Source: Thermoplasmatota archaeon (lineage in GTDB: Archaea; Thermoplasmatota; JAKEGO01). From it: a stretch of 64,000 bases of DNA. Below are positions 48,945 to 59,430 of this stretch, piece after piece (positions within the stretch are counted from its first letter, which is position 1; each line of letters begins with the position of its first letter). The stretch lies in the NCBI GenBank assembly GCA_028279595.1, contig JANQNK010000006.1:64001-128000 (forward strand), read 5' to 3'. The notes under the pieces are model-generated. The model was not told where the DNA came from. It did not search any database and saw only the letters and a list, made by a program, of their open reading frames with translations. A program made the position numbers and the translations under genes.

Positions 48945-49430
48945 TCATCCTTCCAGTATGGGCATGTACCCCGACCATGTGCCCTCGCTCTTGAGGGACT
49001 TCAGGTTCTCCTCGAGCACTTCCCTGTGCTTGTTCTCCTCGTCCACGAGACGCATGAAGAAGTCCCTTATCGTGATGTCGTCGACGCTGTCCGCGCACCT
49101 GCGGTAGAACTCCGCGGTCTTCACCTCGACGGCCATCGCCTGGGTGGTAGCCTCGATCGCGTCGACCTCGTGGACCCTCTCGATGGGGAACACGGCACTC
49201 GGGTCCATCGTGGGAATGGACTCGCTGATCTCGATGTCCGCTGCGTTCTCGCGCATCTTGGCGAAGGCGTCCTCGTGCTCCTTCTCGGCGTTCGCCAGGA
49301 AGGTCATCAAGGCCTTGCCCGCGGGATCGTCTATCTTGCTTCCGAAGGCCATGTAGAAGTCGTATCCGTAGCGCTCCAGCTCTATGGCCAGGTCGAAGGC
49401 CTCCCTCGTGTTTCCTACGATGTCTGTCAT
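48945..49430 (-). CDS. Ferritin-like/rubrerythrin family protein
   Basis: Duplicated AI.LE...FY...LA..EKEH / AM.VE...FY...LVDEENKH diiron motifs. Confidence 0.82.
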   Translation of the reverse strand: MTDIVGNTREAFDLAIELERYGYDFYMAFGSKIDDPAGKALMTFLANAEKEHEDAFAKMRENAADIEISESIPTMDPSAVFPIERVHEVDAIEATTQAMAVEVKTAEFYRRCADSVDDITIRDFFMRLVDEENKHREVLEENLKSLKSEGTWSGYMPILEG

Positions 49431-49508
49431 TGGGTCACCACGAGGTAGAAAGGGCAACGGTTTAAATTACCTTTCGCTAAAAAACGCGAAACTGGGGTTC
49501 GGACCGGC

Positions 49509-50660
49509 TCAATCCAACGTCCCGATCGCCTTGGCGATCCTCTCGGCTCCCCGTTCGAGGTCCTCCATCGAGCTCGCGAACGACAGGCGGAATCGATCGT
49601 TCGCCTGGGACCCGAAGGCGCCTCCAGGCGTCACGGCGACCTTGGCCTCCTCGAGCAGGAACTTGGCGAACTCGAAGCTGTCCATCTCGTCGTCGTATGA
49701 CGGGAATGCGTAGAACGTCCCTTCCGGCCTGTAGCATTCGACTCCTGGGATGTCGTCGAGCGCCTTCGAGATGAAGTCGCCCCGCTTCCTGTAGACGTCC
49801 ACCATCTCCCTGACGCTCTCGTCGCCCTTCCTGAGGGCGGATAGCAGCCCCATCTGGACGAACGATGTGGCGCAGGTGACGACGTTCTGCTGGACCTTCG
49901 CGATCTCCTTGACCCATGAGGGCGGGGCTATTGCCCATCCGACCCTCCATCCGCTCATGGCATAGGTCTTCGAGGCGCTGAACACGGTCATCGTCCTATC
50001 GGCCATTCCGGGGAGGGATGCGATGGAAAGGTGCTCACCCTCGAAGATCATCTTCTCGTAGACCTCGTCGGTGATGACCTTTAGGTCGTTGTCGATTGCC
50101 AGGTCGGCGAGCGCCTTGATCTCGTCTGCCGAGAAGACCGCACCCGTCGGGTTCGAGGGTGAGTTGATGACCAGACCTTTGGTCCTCGGTGTGATGAGCC
50201 CTGCGATCGTGTCGATATCGGGATGGAACCTCTCTCCCAAGGGATAATGGACCGGCACCGCCTCCGCGAGCCTTATCATCTGCTCGTAGGAAACCCAGCC
50301 AGGGTCGGGTATGAGGACCTCCTCGCCCCTGTCGAACAGGGAGACGATCCCCTCGTAGAGCGCGACCTTCGCCGGCGTGATGACGACGTTCTCCCGCGCA
50401 CACGGGATCCCGTTGTTGCGTGAATAGTAATCGGCCACCTCGTCCCTGAGCTCGGGGAATCCCAGCGATGGTGTATAGTGTGTGCATCCCGTGTTCATGG
50501 CCTCGACGGCGTCGTCGATTATCATCTGCGGAGTGTCGAAGTCGGGCTCACCCAGGGTGAACGAGAGGATGTCCTCGCCCTGCGCCCTCATCCTGACGAC
50601 CTGGTCGTTCAGCGCGACGATCCTGGACCCTGCCACTGAGCTCATTCTTACGGATGGCAT
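49509..50660 (-). CDS. Class I PLP-dependent (aspartate-type) aminotransferase
   Basis: GEPDFDTP, NSPSNPTG, DEVY, SKTYAMSGWRVG. Confidence 0.93.
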   Translation of the reverse strand: MPSVRMSSVAGSRIVALNDQVVRMRAQGEDILSFTLGEPDFDTPQMIIDDAVEAMNTGCTHYTPSLGFPELRDEVADYYSRNNGIPCARENVVITPAKVALYEGIVSLFDRGEEVLIPDPGWVSYEQMIRLAEAVPVHYPLGERFHPDIDTIAGLITPRTKGLVINSPSNPTGAVFSADEIKALADLAIDNDLKVITDEVYEKMIFEGEHLSIASLPGMADRTMTVFSASKTYAMSGWRVGWAIAPPSWVKEIAKVQQNVVTCATSFVQMGLLSALRKGDESVREMVDVYRKRGDFISKALDDIPGVECYRPEGTFYAFPSYDDEMDSFEFAKFLLEEAKVAVTPGGAFGSQANDRFRLSFASSMEDLERGAERIAKAIGTLD

Positions 50661-50739
50661 ACTGGCTCAATCGGGGTGCTCTTCTTAAAGATTTTGCTGA
50701 TGTGGGGCCCGTCCCTTGATAGCTATCGGTGCCTTGAGG

Positions 50740-52320
50740 TCAGAACTTGCCCCATCTTCGCCTGCGGCCGCCAGTGATCGCCTTCCATGACCTCTTGTCG
50801 TGCCTCTTCATGAGGTCGAGGCAGATCTTCCTTCGCTCGAGGGCCCATCTGTCCCTCGGGAAGAGGTCGAGGTACTCGGTGTACAGGTTATAGGCTCCCG
50901 TGAAGTCCCTGTCCTCCTCGAGCTTCGAGATCCTGCCCTTGATGTCCTCGCCGACACGGACCCTGGCCCACTTGGCCGATGGATCGATCTCAAGCGCCTT
51001 GGAAGCGTATTCTGCAGCCTTCTCGACCTTCTTCATGTCATGGTAGAGGTCGCTAAGCGAGCCGAGGACGGTCAGGTCCTTAGGCCACCTCCTGAAGGCT
51101 CTTATGAGGGTCCTGAGCGCGCCCTTCCTGTCCCCCAGGCCGAGCATGCTGTCCGCCCGGTACACGAACAGACGCGGCTCCTCCTTCTTCACATCGGCCA
51201 TCATGTCGATCGCCGACTTGAACTCCCTCCTGTCGATGAGGTCCTTTCCTATGAGGACAAGATAATGGTCGATGTCGAATTCCTTGTCGAGTCCGGCGAT
51301 CATGCCGTAGAGGTCGACAGCCTCGCCCCATCTCCGTTCCGACTTCAGCCGGTTGGCGATGTCCTTGAGGTGGTAAGCGGTCTTCGAGCCCGGATACCTC
51401 TCTTCGATGTCCAGGTAGAGCTCGACGGCCCTGTCGTAGCTCCCCTCCCTTACGAATCCGTGGGCTATCTCGGAATACTCCCTCTGGACGTCGACCTCCG
51501 AGAATGTCACGGCCTCCTTCAACATCTCCATCGCCTTCTCGAGGTCGCCGCGCTCGATCTCCTTCCTGGCGAGGTCCTTGACCTTGATGGCAGCGTCAGA
51601 CCTGACTCCTCCATCGGGCGACAGGTCGGAGGCGAGGTGATAGTATCTTAACGCATCCCTTGTGTTTCCGTATTCGACAGAGTTCTCGGCAGCCCTCAGG
51701 AGCGATCCGACCAGTGGTGCGCAGTCGAGGAAATCGAAGGCCTCGCTGTACTCGGCGGCCCGTTCGAAGCGTTCCCCCTCCAGTGTTGAAGCGAACTGCC
51801 TCTCTATCGCCCTGATGACCTCGTCCCTCAGTTCCTCGGGGAGTCGTTCGAGCTCCGAACATACCTTTTCATGATGACCGTTCCTCTCCATCGCCTCTAT
51901 GGCTGCGGTGATCCCCCAGTGGAGCCTGTCCCTGTCGTCGGTCATCGAGGACAGCAGTCCGTAGGATGAGATGTGATCGGAGTAACGCCCATCGTCGAGC
52001 ATCTCCCTGGCACGACGCTCTACCGCACCCGCGATTAGCTGAAGGGTCTGCCCCTCCGCTGTCCCGAAATCGATGAGATCGACGACGGCGTCGAGCTCGG
52101 CCGATTCGATGTTGTACGCGATCATGGACGGATGGTCCTCGCAACCGTCCATATCGGCCGGGTCCTTTCCCTGCCTGATAAGAGCTATCGACAATCCCGT
52201 CCTGGAGAGGCAGTCGTCGGTCGAGGCCAGGTCTGACCTGAAAAGCCGTTCCGCCTCCTCGTGGCTCCCCTCCATGAGGGCGGTCATTGCACGCGCCCTG
52301 AGGATATCGGAGGGGTCCAT
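50740..52320 (-). CDS. Tetratricopeptide-repeat protein
   Basis: Repeated helical A...Y..A...P units (e.g. AAEYASKALEIDP). Confidence 0.72.
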   Translation of the reverse strand: MDPSDILRARAMTALMEGSHEEAERLFRSDLASTDDCLSRTGLSIALIRQGKDPADMDGCEDHPSMIAYNIESAELDAVVDLIDFGTAEGQTLQLIAGAVERRAREMLDDGRYSDHISSYGLLSSMTDDRDRLHWGITAAIEAMERNGHHEKVCSELERLPEELRDEVIRAIERQFASTLEGERFERAAEYSEAFDFLDCAPLVGSLLRAAENSVEYGNTRDALRYYHLASDLSPDGGVRSDAAIKVKDLARKEIERGDLEKAMEMLKEAVTFSEVDVQREYSEIAHGFVREGSYDRAVELYLDIEERYPGSKTAYHLKDIANRLKSERRWGEAVDLYGMIAGLDKEFDIDHYLVLIGKDLIDRREFKSAIDMMADVKKEEPRLFVYRADSMLGLGDRKGALRTLIRAFRRWPKDLTVLGSLSDLYHDMKKVEKAAEYASKALEIDPSAKWARVRVGEDIKGRISKLEEDRDFTGAYNLYTEYLDLFPRDRWALERRKICLDLMKRHDKRSWKAITGGRRRRWGKF

Positions 52321-52324
52321 GTCG

Positions 52325-52957
52325 TCACTCCTTGACGACCTTGGTCTGGACGTAGTTGCTGTTCGAGACGTACTCTACCCTGATCTTCACGCGGTCGCCC
52401 TTCGCCGTTCCCGGCACGAAGATGACATATGGTCCCTGTCGGACCATGCCGTCGCCTCGGTGGCTGATGTCCTGGACCGTGACCTCGATAACGTCCCCGG
52501 CCTTGAGTTTCTGCGACTTCTCCTCGTGTTTCACACCCTTCTTGACGAGGACTGGCCTTCTGCCGCCGCATGCGTCGCAGACCAGGATGAGTGTCCTGGA
52601 ATCCTTGATCAGATGTGTGTCAGGCCGACCGCACTCGGAACAGAGGACATAGGTCTCGAAGTAGGCGTTTACCTTCTTCTGCAGGTCCTCCTGGATTATC
52701 CTCGCCTTGAGGACCAGGCGTCCTGAGTCGTCGATGAATCCAGGTGCGCCAACGTCCTTCACAAGGTGGCCCAGCAGATGCTCGGGCTCCCTTGCGATCA
52801 TGTCGGCAATTGTGTTGAAATTCCTGAGGATGGTCGATTTCCCCTCTATGAACGATTCCACGTCGGGAAGCTTGAAACGCTCCTCCTCCTTGGCGGGCGC
52901 CTTGAGTTCCTTCTTGGCGTCCTCGAGGAGCTTCATGTAGTCGAATTGGTCGGTCAT
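52325..52957 (-). CDS. eif2b: Translation initiation factor aIF2 beta subunit with C-terminal TRAM domain
   Basis: YVLCSECGRPDT, CDACG Zn-ribbon; GDG...VIFVPGT..GD.V TRAM domain. Confidence 0.93.
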   Translation of the reverse strand: MTDQFDYMKLLEDAKKELKAPAKEEERFKLPDVESFIEGKSTILRNFNTIADMIAREPEHLLGHLVKDVGAPGFIDDSGRLVLKARIIQEDLQKKVNAYFETYVLCSECGRPDTHLIKDSRTLILVCDACGGRRPVLVKKGVKHEEKSQKLKAGDVIEVTVQDISHRGDGMVRQGPYVIFVPGTAKGDRVKIRVEYVSNSNYVQTKVVKE

Positions 52958-53174
52958 CTCCCGTGCAATGTGCGTGTGTGTTAAAAAGGTATGGTCGGAC
53001 GAGCATTACGAAATCCCTGTATGTCACGCGGTTCCGAGAATTCCAGCGGACCCCTGCCGGAACCCGCGCCGGGACATGGCCAGACATTGAAAAACGAGGT
53101 CATTTTCGCCTTCCCGCTCACCACAAGGTTTATATCAGGGGCCTATATAAGAGGTCCAGTCTGGAGGACAGGAG

Positions 53175-53534
53175 ATGGGTAGAACTGGCAAGAGCGACAG
53201 CGTGCTTGAGCTCATCGGAACGCTCAAGAGATCGGCCCTCGAGAACGAGGCCCCTATCTGGAAGGATGTAGCCAAGAGGCTCGAGAAGCCGAAGTCCAGC
53301 TGGGCCGAGGTCAACCTGTCCCACCTCGAGAGGACCACCGCCGACGGTGACATCGTCGTGGTCCCCGGAAAGCTCCTAGGAGCCGGGTCCGTGTCGAAGA
53401 AGCTGACTGTAGCATCTGTCTCGATGTCGGAGTCGGCCGAGACCGGAATCACGGGGTCCGGCGGAAAGGTGTCGACGATAGAGCAGTTGATCGAGAAGAA
53501 CCCCTCCGGAAAGGGGATCAGGATCATCGGGTGA
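53175..53534 (+). CDS. rpl18e: 50S ribosomal protein L18e
   Basis: IWKDVAKRL, EVNLS, VVPGKLLGAG. Confidence 0.95.
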   Translation: MGRTGKSDSVLELIGTLKRSALENEAPIWKDVAKRLEKPKSSWAEVNLSHLERTTADGDIVVVPGKLLGAGSVSKKLTVASVSMSESAETGITGSGGKVSTIEQLIEKNPSGKGIRIIG

Positions 53535-53538
53535 TCAC

Positions 53539-53964
53539 ATGAAGGTCATCGACGCCGAAGGTGCCGTCCTGGGCCGGCTCGCAAGTTCCCTTGCCAAGAG
53601 CCTGCTTGACGGCGAGGAGATAATCGTTGTCAACGCCGAGAAGGCGATAATCGTGGGAGACCCGGACGAGGTCATCATGAGGTACCTGACCAAGAGGCGC
53701 CTCAACCATCCGAGGAAGGGTCCGCACTTCCCGCGCATGCCCGACAGGATCGTCAAGAGGACCGTCCGCGGGATGCTCCCCTACAAGCAGCCCAGGGGCA
53801 GGGACGCGCTTCACCGCCTGAGGGTCTACATGGGCGTACCCAAGGAATACGCCAAGGAGAAGACCGAACAGGTGGACGTGTCGATGCGTCCAGCGCCGGA
53901 GAAGTTCATAACGCTCAACAGGGTCGCGATGGAACTCGGGGCCAAGGTAGGTGACTTGGAATGA
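53539..53964 (+). CDS. rpl13: 50S ribosomal protein L13
   Basis: [27 protein letters not shown]. Confidence 0.96.
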   Translation: MKVIDAEGAVLGRLASSLAKSLLDGEEIIVVNAEKAIIVGDPDEVIMRYLTKRRLNHPRKGPHFPRMPDRIVKRTVRGMLPYKQPRGRDALHRLRVYMGVPKEYAKEKTEQVDVSMRPAPEKFITLNRVAMELGAKVGDLE

Positions 53965-54359
53965 AGCCTGTGGTCGTCAGTGGAAAGAGGAAGACCGCGA
54001 TAGCCCGCGCAACTGTCGAGAAGGGCAACGGGACCTTCAGGGTCAACAGCATGCTTCTCGATCACTGGGGTACCGAGATGGCCCGGTTGAAGGTCCAGGA
54101 GCCCCTCCACCTCGCCGGGACGAAGGCCCAGATGGTCAACATAAGCGTCAACGTCCAGGGCGGAGGCGTCATGGGTCAGGCCTACGCGACGAGGACCGCT
54201 ATCGCACGCGGGCTCGTGCAGTTCTTCGAGGACAGCACCCTCGAGGAGGTCTACCGCGACTTCGACAGGAGCCTGCTGGTCAACGACGCACGCAGGAAGG
54301 AGACGAAGAAACCGCTCGGCCGCGGAGCGAGGAAGAAGCGGCAGAAGTCCTACAGGTGA
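53961..54359 (+). CDS. rps9: 30S ribosomal protein S9
   Basis: [29 protein letters not shown]. Confidence 0.96.
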   Translation: MKPVVVSGKRKTAIARATVEKGNGTFRVNSMLLDHWGTEMARLKVQEPLHLAGTKAQMVNISVNVQGGGVMGQAYATRTAIARGLVQFFEDSTLEEVYRDFDRSLLVNDARRKETKKPLGRGARKKRQKSYR

Positions 54360-54364
54360 TACGT

Positions 54365-54556
54365 TTGATAATGCCCGTCCGGTGTTTCAGCTGCGGAAAG
54401 GTGATAGGCCACTTCTACGCCGTCTACAAGCAGAAGGTCGCGATGGGCGAGGACCCCCAGAGGGCGCTCGACCAGCTGGGTATCGAACGCTACTGCTGCC
54501 GAAGGATGATAATGACGCACGTCGACCTGATCGACGACGTGCTTCCGTATCCCTGA
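54365..54556 (+). CDS. rpoN: RNA polymerase subunit N (Rpo10)
   Basis: TTG start after AGGTGA; [11 protein letters not shown]...RYCCRRM. Confidence 0.95.
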   Translation: MIMPVRCFSCGKVIGHFYAVYKQKVAMGEDPQRALDQLGIERYCCRRMIMTHVDLIDDVLPYP

Positions 54557-54563
54557 ACTCACT

Positions 54564-55376
54564 TCAGATAAGATGTGCTGCAGGACCTATTCCCGCAGCG
54601 ACCGCTCCGTCCAACTCCTCGAACGAGAAGGCCGAATGTCCGAGCATGCACATTCCCGCCAGCTTCCTCTCTCCGATGATCTTCCTTACATGAGGTCCGA
54701 TAAGGCCCGTCGAATCGGCGAACCTCCTGCTGGACCTGCAGAAGTTCTCGAGTGTGGGCTCTTCCGTCAGTGCGGAGTGCGCTTCTGCACCAGCCTCGAT
54801 GATCCTTTTCCTGTCATCCGGGTTCCGAAGGACCGCAGGGGTGCTCATCGGCTCCTCGACCCATCTCAGGTAGACGACGTCGACATCGATGTCAAGGTTC
54901 TCGACCCTTCCATGGGGAGGCACGCCCTCGACCATGCGGATCTCGAAACCGCCGACCGACTGCGCCGCCACGTCGCCGAGTCCCGTGCCGTTGAGGACCT
55001 CGGCGGTATGCGCAGCGAGTATCGGGTCGACATCGCTGCCGAGGAGCTTGGCCGCGGCCATCGCAGTCGACAGTGCCATGGCTCCGCTCATGCCGAACCC
55101 CTGGCCCAGCGGCAATCCGTTCTCTATCGAGACCTTCAATCGTGTGTCCATGGAGCGTGTGAAGGCCTCCACCACGTCCGTCAGGACCTTCATCTCCGAG
55201 CGGAGGCCGTTGACGAGAATCGTATTGGAATCGGCCAATTCGACCGTGGCATGGGACCCCAGGTCGACACAGAAGCCGGCGCCCCTGGACCCACGCATCG
55301 CTACATCGTCCGCACTGTCGTGGATGCTGAAGAACCCGGTCACATGACCGGGAGCGAACGCCCTGGACCGTTCCAT
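54564..55376 (-). CDS. Pantoate kinase (GHMP superfamily)
   Basis: AFAPGHVTGFF, GSRGAG, PLGQGFGMSGA, AHTAEV..GTGLGDV. Confidence 0.88.
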   Translation of the reverse strand: MERSRAFAPGHVTGFFSIHDSADDVAMRGSRGAGFCVDLGSHATVELADSNTILVNGLRSEMKVLTDVVEAFTRSMDTRLKVSIENGLPLGQGFGMSGAMALSTAMAAAKLLGSDVDPILAAHTAEVLNGTGLGDVAAQSVGGFEIRMVEGVPPHGRVENLDIDVDVVYLRWVEEPMSTPAVLRNPDDRKRIIEAGAEAHSALTEEPTLENFCRSSRRFADSTGLIGPHVRKIIGERKLAGMCMLGHSAFSFEELDGAVAAGIGPAAHLI

Positions 55377-55387
55377 CCGGAAGCCCC

Positions 55388-56062
55388 TCAACCAATTCGC
55401 ATGCGCCCGAAGTAGTCCTCCTCCTCGGGCTCGGAAGGACCTTCCCCGTCCTCACCAGTGCCTTTACGGCGAACACCCATGCCGATGGCCATCATGACGA
55501 CCAGGACGATCACGGCGAGTATAAGGAACGTTGTGATATCGCCATCGTCGTCGCTCTCGGTGGGTTCCTGGCCGTTCGGACCGATATCCTCCCTCTCTAT
55601 TATGGACCAGTTGATGTTCATGAATACGGTCCTGTTCGGGACGGCGTCGTTCTCCCTGGTGTTGTTGAGGTTGTCTATCACGAGGTAGAGCACGACATCC
55701 TCGGGTTCGGTTATCTTCGACCACTCGAAGGTCCCTTCGCGGCTCTCCAGCCATCCAGGGGGACTGAGGGTCGCGAACTCCTCGCCCTCTCCGTCATCGT
55801 AGTTGTCGTATTCGTCCGGAGTAAAGAGGTAGATATCGATGCCGGTGAAATTGTGCCATTCATCCGGGTCTACCGCTGACACGTTGACCCGCAGCGTGAA
55901 GGTGGCGTTGGCCGGGATCTCGATGTCCCGTCCCCTGTTGTCCCAAAGTTTTCCCTCATCGATCTCGACATCCTGTTCGTCGAAGTAGACGTCATCCGCC
56001 GAAGCGGTCCCTGCGAGCACGAACATCGCCAATATCAACATCATGAATGCCAGGGCCTTCAT
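55388..56062 (-). CDS. Hypothetical secreted protein with C-terminal membrane anchor
   Basis: Signal peptide (ASA), acidic beta-rich domain (YLVIDN), TM followed by RRK. Confidence 0.7.
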   Translation of the reverse strand: MKALAFMMLILAMFVLAGTASADDVYFDEQDVEIDEGKLWDNRGRDIEIPANATFTLRVNVSAVDPDEWHNFTGIDIYLFTPDEYDNYDDGEGEEFATLSPPGWLESREGTFEWSKITEPEDVVLYLVIDNLNNTRENDAVPNRTVFMNINWSIIEREDIGPNGQEPTESDDDGDITTFLILAVIVLVVMMAIGMGVRRKGTGEDGEGPSEPEEEDYFGRMRIG

Positions 56063-56235
56063 GAGGCCGTGAGGGTCCCGCGAACATTAATAGTTAACTG
56101 CTGAACCGAAAGGCGTCTGGCCACGCCGATCCCGTTGCATTGATGAATGTGCGTTTTTCTAATCTCCAATTGCGTATTTGATAATATCTGGCCATCGATA
56201 AGCATATAAATCCGTGAGTGCCGTATAGGGTAGGC

Positions 56236-58842
56236 ATGTCGTCCCCCTCCGCCCGATTTATGGTGGCACTATCCCTTCTACTGTTGGCCTTCCCTCTCAT
56301 ATCGATGTCAGCATCGGCGTCGTCGGAATGGACTGCGATGTTCTACCTTGACGGCGACAACAACCTCGAGTTCTATTCGAAGGTCGAGATGGCGGAGATA
56401 AACGACTCCGTCGCCGATACCGTGACGCTCGTCCTGAAGGACGATGCGGACGACGGAGACACGGTCCTCTATCACGTCGAGGACGGGACCACGACCGAGC
56501 TCTCACCATCATGGCTCGACAGCGAGATGAACATGGCGGACGGCGACACATTGTACGAGTTCGTCAACTGGACCCTCGAGGAGTATCCATCAAACAGGAC
56601 GTTCCTCACGATGTGGGACCACGGGGGCGCATTCACCGGATGCTGTGTGGACGACACCGATGGCGGGACGCTCACCATAGCCGAGACCCGGACCGCTCTC
56701 GATGATGCCCTCGATGAGGGTGAGCGGATCGACGTGATCGGTTACGCTCAATGTCTGATGGCCAACACCGAGGTCGCATACGAGATGAGGGATGTCGGCT
56801 CGTACATGGTCGCGTCCGAGAAGGTCGGATGGGCTTACGGTTCACAGGCCATTTCCTGGGACATGGACCTGATCATCGAGTACATGGACACGACCGACGA
56901 TCCCGCAGACGTCGCGTCGTACGTGGTCGAGGAGGCCCTCGACCTCTACAGTTTCATGGTCTATCAGTCTCACACATGGTCAGCGATCAATCTCACCAAC
57001 ATGACCGCGCTGATGTCAGATCTGAATGACTTCATTGACGCCATGGACGAGGCGTATGACTTCCATCACTGGGAGATCATAGAGGCAAGGGAGGCCACGG
57101 AGTCCTACGAGGGACCCTACGGGAACCAGTATGACCGGATAGTGGATCTGCACCATTACGTAGGTCATATCTTCAACATCACATCCATTCCGACCGCATT
57201 GAGGGACGCAGCCCTCGCACTCATGGAGGAGCTCAATTCCACGATAATCGCGGAAGGCCATCACACTTCGACGACCGACGCCGACGAGGCCTGCGGGAAC
57301 GCCCACGGACTCAGCATAAACTTCCCCGACACGGAGAACAAACTGTGGTCTTCGTACACAAGTATTACACGTGGTCCAGGGGAGTTCGTTACCGATTCCG
57401 AATGGGACGAGTGGCTGTTCACCTACTGGGACATCCTGTTCGTGGACGATGACGCATCGGGTCCCGGCGACGGGTCCATCGGGGACCCGTACCCGACGAT
57501 CCAGGACGCGATCGACGCAGCCGATGCTGGCACGATCGTCAGTGTGATGGACGGCACCTATCAGGAGGACATCGTACTGGACGTCGATATATCCCTGATA
57601 GGGAACGGTAGCACGACCACCGAGCTGACCTCCGATGGAGGTACGGTCATTACCGTTACCGCCGATGGCGCCACGGTCGGTGGGTTCATGATAACAGACG
57701 CTCCGTCCGGTCATGCTGGGATCGACGTGGAGGCCGATGACGTCACCATCTCACAGGTCAATGTCACGGAGAACGACGTCGGTATCCAGATCGACAGCTC
57801 CGATGGATGTTCCGTCACGTATTCAGACGTGATCGGGAACGACGTCGGGATCGAGATATCCGGATCATGCCCCAGTACTGACATCCAGAACGTGACCATG
57901 CTCTCGAACGATCTGAACATGCACAACGACGGAACCTCCTCGATCGATGCCGAGTACAACCACTGGGGAACGGTCCATGAATCGTCACTCGTTGCGACCA
58001 TAACGGACTGGTCCGACGATGACACCCTAGGTGTGGTCGACTACTCTCCGTGGTACGGTTTCAGGAACACGACCCAGTACACTCCGGACATGACCGCTCC
58101 GACGACGACGGACGACCACGTCGACGGATGGTACAACTCGAACGTCACTATAAATCTGACAGCGACCGACGACCTGTCGGGCGTCCGTGAGACCTACTAC
58201 AGGATCGACGGCGGTGATTGGGAGACGGGGACCGTCGTATTGGTACATGCTCTGCCTGACGGTTCGTCGGACGGGAATGTAACGGTCGAGTATCGAAGCG
58301 TCGACCACAGCGGCAACAATGGGACGATCATCAACATTACCGTGAAGATCGACGCGACCGCACCCGAGCTCAGGATATGGTACGACACCTTTTCCGACAG
58401 GGTCCGCTTCGACGTCTACGACGAGATCGACGGAGCTCCGGAGAAGAAACGGAAGAGGTCCGGGTCCAGGTACACCTTCATACTCACCGACCATGCTGGG
58501 AATCTCGTCAAGGTCAAGTTGATCTATTCAAGGAGCACATCCAGCGGTTGGTCCCTCCACAAGATCGCATTGACCAAGGCCAAGTTCGACGGTGGATCGT
58601 GGAACGTCTTCAGGTCCGGGGAGAGGTTCGCTATGAGGGCCCTCAGTCAGGCCCGCTCATTGCAGATGTACGAGCAGGATGTGTACGGCTCCAGATGGTC
58701 TGTGGCCGCTGAATACGACAAATCCGAGAGCTCGACCGATGTCACCGTCGTCGACGGCGGAACCACCACCTCCACCGAGTCCGGGATGTGTACCTGCGAC
58801 ATGTTCGTCAGTGGAAGCGGGACCTCGTACCTCGTCAACTAG
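56236..58842 (+). CDS. Secreted clostripain (peptidase C11) fused to beta-helix, Ig-like and basic C-terminal domains
   Basis: WTAMFYLDGDNNLE, WDHGG (catalytic His), AQCLMANTEVAYE (catalytic Cys), ASE, GLSI.FP; then beta-helix and D.TAP repeat. Confidence 0.88.
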   Translation: MSSPSARFMVALSLLLLAFPLISMSASASSEWTAMFYLDGDNNLEFYSKVEMAEINDSVADTVTLVLKDDADDGDTVLYHVEDGTTTELSPSWLDSEMNMADGDTLYEFVNWTLEEYPSNRTFLTMWDHGGAFTGCCVDDTDGGTLTIAETRTALDDALDEGERIDVIGYAQCLMANTEVAYEMRDVGSYMVASEKVGWAYGSQAISWDMDLIIEYMDTTDDPADVASYVVEEALDLYSFMVYQSHTWSAINLTNMTALMSDLNDFIDAMDEAYDFHHWEIIEAREATESYEGPYGNQYDRIVDLHHYVGHIFNITSIPTALRDAALALMEELNSTIIAEGHHTSTTDADEACGNAHGLSINFPDTENKLWSSYTSITRGPGEFVTDSEWDEWLFTYWDILFVDDDASGPGDGSIGDPYPTIQDAIDAADAGTIVSVMDGTYQEDIVLDVDISLIGNGSTTTELTSDGGTVITVTADGATVGGFMITDAPSGHAGIDVEADDVTISQVNVTENDVGIQIDSSDGCSVTYSDVIGNDVGIEISGSCPSTDIQNVTMLSNDLNMHNDGTSSIDAEYNHWGTVHESSLVATITDWSDDDTLGVVDYSPWYGFRNTTQYTPDMTAPTTTDDHVDGWYNSNVTINLTATDDLSGVRETYYRIDGGDWETGTVVLVHALPDGSSDGNVTVEYRSVDHSGNNGTIINITVKIDATAPELRIWYDTFSDRVRFDVYDEIDGAPEKKRKRSGSRYTFILTDHAGNLVKVKLIYSRSTSSGWSLHKIALTKAKFDGGSWNVFRSGERFAMRALSQARSLQMYEQDVYGSRWSVAAEYDKSESSTDVTVVDGGTTTSTESGMCTCDMFVSGSGTSYLVN

Positions 58843-59036
58843 GTCCTCAACAATTTACGGGTAATTAAATAACGAATCACCTCGATCTATCAGTGACCGA
58901 ACGGTAATTATGTCCGGTGAGATCCTAGACTTTATTATTTCGACCTCATAATTCACCCGGCCGACCTTCATTTCCGATAGAAATGGTTTTATACCCAGAT
59001 GTCTATGTCCCTTCAGCGTGCCAGTGAGGGATTGGG

Positions 59037-59402
59037 ATGAACCTGCTAAAGCGAGTATCTAGAGATGATATCGAAGAAGAGTACATCGGCGACAAGTTCG
59101 TCGATCTGACAGATGAACAGGGCATGACCGAGGAGGTCTCGTCGTCCGTCAGGACGATGATCCGGGTGGCGGAGATACACCGGTACGAGGACCTACACAA
59201 GTTCGAGGGGATCACCTATTCGGGTGACGTCCTCGTTCTGAACTATTCGTCCATGTCGAAGGACGAGCTCGGGATGAAGCGCCTTCTGAGGAGGTCGCAC
59301 GAGATCGTGAAGGACGTGAACGGCGACGTCGTCATGCTTCCGAACAGCATGCTCCTGATGACACCGAGCGGAATTCGGATATCGAGACAGAAACTACAGT
59401 GA
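59037..59402 (+). CDS. sepF: Cell division protein SepF (archaeal type)
   Basis: IRVAEI..YEDL, GDVLVL, VNGDV, LMTPSGIRISR. Confidence 0.78.
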   Translation: MNLLKRVSRDDIEEEYIGDKFVDLTDEQGMTEEVSSSVRTMIRVAEIHRYEDLHKFEGITYSGDVLVLNYSSMSKDELGMKRLLRRSHEIVKDVNGDVVMLPNSMLLMTPSGIRISRQKLQ

Positions 59403-59430
59403 GCCGCGGAGCCTCATGATTAATCGCAGA

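Noticed and set aside
52325-52520. TRAM domain fused to aIF2-beta
   Set aside because: Known architecture in several euryarchaeal and Thermoplasmata lineages; not novel.
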